DNA from: Escherichia phage ECO07P2
Sequence record: OP172785
Length of the DNA stretch: 64,000 nucleotides
Strand: one strand, 5' to 3'
This document shows, piece by piece, positions 63,202-64,000 of the stretch. The position numbers and the translations under genes were made by a program. The notes beneath the pieces were generated by a model. That model was not told the DNA's origin and ran no database searches. It saw only the letters and a program-made list of their open reading frames with translations. Numbering within the stretch: position 1 is the stretch's first letter; each line of letters starts with the position of its first letter.

Positions 63202-63821
63202 TCAACTACCTCAATATCATACACTTTAAATGTTCCAAATGAATCGTGTAATTTTTCTTTTGAAATAGAAGTTATTTTATACTTTCCAATTGGAATCATC
63301 CATTCTTGTTCACGTACAATCATCATTAAGTTATCAGTACGTTCTGAATCTAATCCATCAGTATCTTCATATGTATACTTAAACTCAGTATTAGGAGAAG
63401 AAAGTATAATATCGCTGATATGGTCAGAGTAATTAAAAGCTTTATCAGTTTTTAAGCGAAGTATTGTGTCAGTGAAATATTCGGCATAAGAAAAAGAACA
63501 CGCTGTATGCAAACTAGTAGTAAATGAATCTACTCTGTTCGTTGAAAACACTTCTCCGACTTGTAAATCTTTAATGAGTTCTTTTGTCGATTTTGATATA
63601 CCACGATATAGCTGATAAGGCGATTTAGTTAAATGCTTTTTAACGATTTTATTCAACTGCTGATGAAGAGCTTCATTCTTTTTGGCTTCCATACATTGCC
63701 AAAGAACTGACTGTTCAAAGTCAGTAAATTTTTCACAGACCTTTTTATACATATCATATTGAAAATCGACACTTTCAGCTTTTATAGATAACTGTTCAAC
63801 ATCTGCAAGATTAATAATCAT
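63198..63821 (-). CDS. modB: ModB mono-ADP-ribosyltransferase
   Basis: 207 aa; LYRG, STN, EQEWMIP; tandem with modA. Confidence 0.85.
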   Translation of the reverse strand: MIINLADVEQLSIKAESVDFQYDMYKKVCEKFTDFEQSVLWQCMEAKKNEALHQQLNKIVKKHLTKSPYQLYRGISKSTKELIKDLQVGEVFSTNRVDSFTTSLHTACSFSYAEYFTDTILRLKTDKAFNYSDHISDIILSSPNTEFKYTYEDTDGLDSERTDNLMMIVREQEWMIPIGKYKITSISKEKLHDSFGTFKVYDIEVVE

Positions 63822-63847
63822 GATAGCCTCCGTATACTTCAGAAGCT

Positions 63848-63877
63848 ATCATATCATTGTTAGGAAGGAAAGTAAAC
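63848..63877 (-). promoter_or_regulatory. early-type promoter for modB-modA (GTTTAC -35, TGATATGAT extended -10)
   Basis: minus-strand GTTTAC-18nt-TGATATGAT. Confidence 0.5.
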
Positions 63878-63888
63878 AACTTTTTGAA

Positions 63889-64000
63889 TTATTTTGCCCA
63901 GGGAGCCCAGGGCGGAGGGTCAAGATGGTATGAAGCTAGTTCTTCTAGAAGAGCATCTGGGGCTTCAATTCCATAATTCTGTAATACTATACGGTACTCT
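63889..64000 (-). CDS. partial ORF (3' end only; truncated by window edge)
   Basis: open minus-strand frame running to window end. Confidence 0.3.
   Translation of the reverse strand, partial: EYRIVLQNYGIEAPDALLEELASYHLDPPPWAPWAK

Overview
This window is a T4-like (Tevenvirinae) myovirus genome segment, read from protein motifs, gene lengths and gene order; no database search was run. It runs from the baseplate hub genes (28-29-48-54, + strand) through a long minus-strand block of early/middle genes, then the + strand long-tail-fibre and holin block (34-35-36-37-38-t), then a second minus-strand early block. The first minus block holds alt, DNA ligase 30, rIII, 31, cd, pseT, a spanin pair, alc, rnlA, denA, nrdB, nrdA, td, frd, 32, 59, 33, dsbA and rnh; the second holds asiA, arn, motA, 52, stp, ndd, denB, rIIB, rIIA, 39, motB-like, dexA, dda, srd-like, modA and modB. 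No tRNA, rRNA, CRISPR array, transposon or obvious homing endonuclease was found. Relative to T4 as I recall it, td and nrdB are uninterrupted, gene 39 is a single fused ORF, and the td/nrdA/nrdB intergenic slots hold different cargo. I do not see a clear-cut novel defence system. The best leads are a Dam-family methyltransferase between nrdB and nrdA, two tandem full-length Alt ADP-ribosyltransferase paralogs, a DUF4326-like ORF between td and nrdA, and a HAD-phosphatase plus NADAR-like pair downstream of ligase. Minus-strand early genes are preceded by a highly stereotyped promoter cassette (GTTTAC -35, about 18-nt spacer, TGn-extended -10), and late genes by TATAAATA. Several ORFs in the six-frame track are over-extended through these promoters, and several micro-ORFs under 60 aa (Stp and others) are missing from it.
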